This document shows positions 62,822 to 64,000 of a stretch of 64,000 bases of DNA, piece by piece. A program made the position numbers and the translations under genes. Position 1 is the stretch's first letter. Every line of letters starts with the position of its first letter. This DNA is from a bacterium (lineage in GTDB: Bacteria; Bacillota; Clostridia; Oscillospirales; CAG-272): assembly GCA_963628435.1 (NCBI GenBank), contig CAVGEY010000007.1, forward strand, positions 12,831-76,830. Direction: 5' to 3'. The notes below the pieces were generated by a model, which did not search any database, was not told the DNA's origin, and worked only from the letters and a program-made list of their open reading frames with translations.

Positions 62822-63541
62822 ATGACGGGACTTGCGGTTTTTTGCGCGATTGTTCTTTTCTTCGTTCTAATCGGAATGATAAGCGCAACCGTCACACTGT
62901 CATATAACCGGCAGTTTACGGTGAGTCTCAGAGTACTCTTTTTCAGAATCCGGCTTGTCCCGAAAAAGTCCAAAACTCCGAACCCGAAGAAATATACCCG
63001 AAAAAAATATGAAAAGATGCTCGAAAAGCAGAGAATAAAAGAAGAAAAAGCCGAAGAAAAGAAAAAACTCAAAAAAGAGAAAAAAGAAGCCGAAAAGGCC
63101 GAAAAGAAAAAAACCGAAGCTGCGGGGAACGGCGGTAAAAATTCCGCTGAAGGAAAAAAGAAAAGCGTTGCCGATATAGTCGATCTTGTTGCCGCAATAC
63201 TCGAAGCGGTGAAAAGTCTTTTCAAAAGCTTCGGTAAACACCTGAGAGTGTGTGCCGTGAAGATGAATATTACGGTAGCATCGGATAATGCCGCCGATAC
63301 GGCCGTAATTTACGGCATTGTATGTCAGAGTGTCGCATACATTATGGAAATACTTTACAATATAACGAATTTCAAAGTCAAAGACGGCGATTCGGTCAGC
63401 GTTGTTCCCGATTTCACGGCATCGAAATCGACTGCCGATATCAAAATTTCGTTCAGACTTCGCGTGTGGCATATATTTGCAATGCTTTTTGCCGCCGCAG
63501 GCGGATTCATCAAAGGGAAAATCAAGGCAAGCAAAAATTAA
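62822..63541 (+). CDS. DUF2953/YtfI-like sporulation-associated membrane protein
   Basis: N-terminal TM helix, Lys/Glu-rich linker, and a position directly upstream of ytfJ as in other spore formers. Confidence 0.65.
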   Translation: MTGLAVFCAIVLFFVLIGMISATVTLSYNRQFTVSLRVLFFRIRLVPKKSKTPNPKKYTRKKYEKMLEKQRIKEEKAEEKKKLKKEKKEAEKAEKKKTEAAGNGGKNSAEGKKKSVADIVDLVAAILEAVKSLFKSFGKHLRVCAVKMNITVASDNAADTAVIYGIVCQSVAYIMEILYNITNFKVKDGDSVSVVPDFTASKSTADIKISFRLRVWHIFAMLFAAAGGFIKGKIKASKN

Positions 63542-63585
63542 AACAGTAAATATATAAATTTATAAATTCGGAGGTTACCACGAAT

Positions 63586-64000
63586 ATGGAAGAGAGCAAA
63601 TTAAACGGTGTGATAAATACGTCACTCAGCAGTATCAAAGGACTTGTTGATGCAAATACGGTAGTAGGACAGCCGTTCGAGGCGGCAGGCGGAACCGTTA
63701 TAATACCCGTATCCAAGATGTCTGTCGGATATGCGTCCGGCGGAGTGGATTTCTTCGGAAAAAATAATTCGCCCGTATCCAAAAATGCCAATTTCGGCGG
63801 CGGCGGCGGAACAGGCGTTACACTTACTCCCGTAGGATTTCTTGTTACAAAAAAAGACGGATCGGTACAGTTTCTTCCGGTAACCGCTCCGGATGCCGCA
63901 AACGGAGGCTCTTCGGCTCCCGCTCCCGACAAAATCGATAAACTTGTCGATGTGGTCGAGCGTTCGCCCGAAATCGTTGAGAAAATACTTTCAATGCTCA
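63586..64000 (+). CDS. ytfJ: Sporulation protein YtfJ/GerW family, 3'-truncated by the window end (not in the supplied ORF track)
   Basis: My own translation from ATG 63586 (SD GGAGGT 9 nt upstream): MEESKLNGVINTSLSSIKGLVDANTVVGQPFEAAGGTVIIPVSKMSVGYASGG...GGGGGTGVTLTPVGFLV. The frame stays open to nt 64000. Confidence 0.8.
   Translation, partial: MEESKLNGVINTSLSSIKGLVDANTVVGQPFEAAGGTVIIPVSKMSVGYASGGVDFFGKNNSPVSKNANFGGGGGTGVTLTPVGFLVTKKDGSVQFLPVTAPDAANGGSSAPAPDKIDKLVDVVERSPEIVEKILSML

Overview
This 64-kb chromosomal window reads like a spore-forming Firmicute of the Clostridia (Oscillospiraceae/Ruminococcaceae-like). The synteny blocks are typical: der-plsY, yceD-rpmF, T-box-valS, lon-engB, scpA-scpB-ytfI-ytfJ. 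I call about 48 densely packed protein genes, many near-consensus sigma-A promoters (TTGACA-17-TATAAT class, often with an extended TGn -10), one T-box leader and about 10 hairpin terminators. I saw no rRNA, tRNA, CRISPR array, transposase, integrase or prophage gene. Three blocks stand out. (1) 1-9.1 kb is an accessory cell-surface block. It holds two secreted proteins with CxxCH haem motifs, a GH25 lysozyme with LRRs, and a lipoprotein fusing a degenerate VanX-like domain to SH3 and an M14 peptidase. (2) 9.2-34.5 kb and 48-64 kb are housekeeping: translation, lipid, competence, M16 peptidases, lgt, folD, asnA, aroK, purB, DAHP synthase, lon, lysA, scpAB and sporulation genes. A dedicated ECF transporter of unknown substrate also sits here. 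(3) 34.6-47.9 kb is the most unusual region. Two convergent, paralogous three-gene operons (ABC exporter, DUF1854-like protein, ABC exporter) face each other. All four exporters carry a 150-200 aa cytosolic N-terminal extension ending in a four-Cys zinc ribbon. A PD-(D/E)xK-like gene lies between the operons, and a divergent regulator flanks each side (XRE-HTH+TPR on the left, AraC on the right). All function calls rest on motifs and family patterns recalled from memory. No database search or structure prediction was run.
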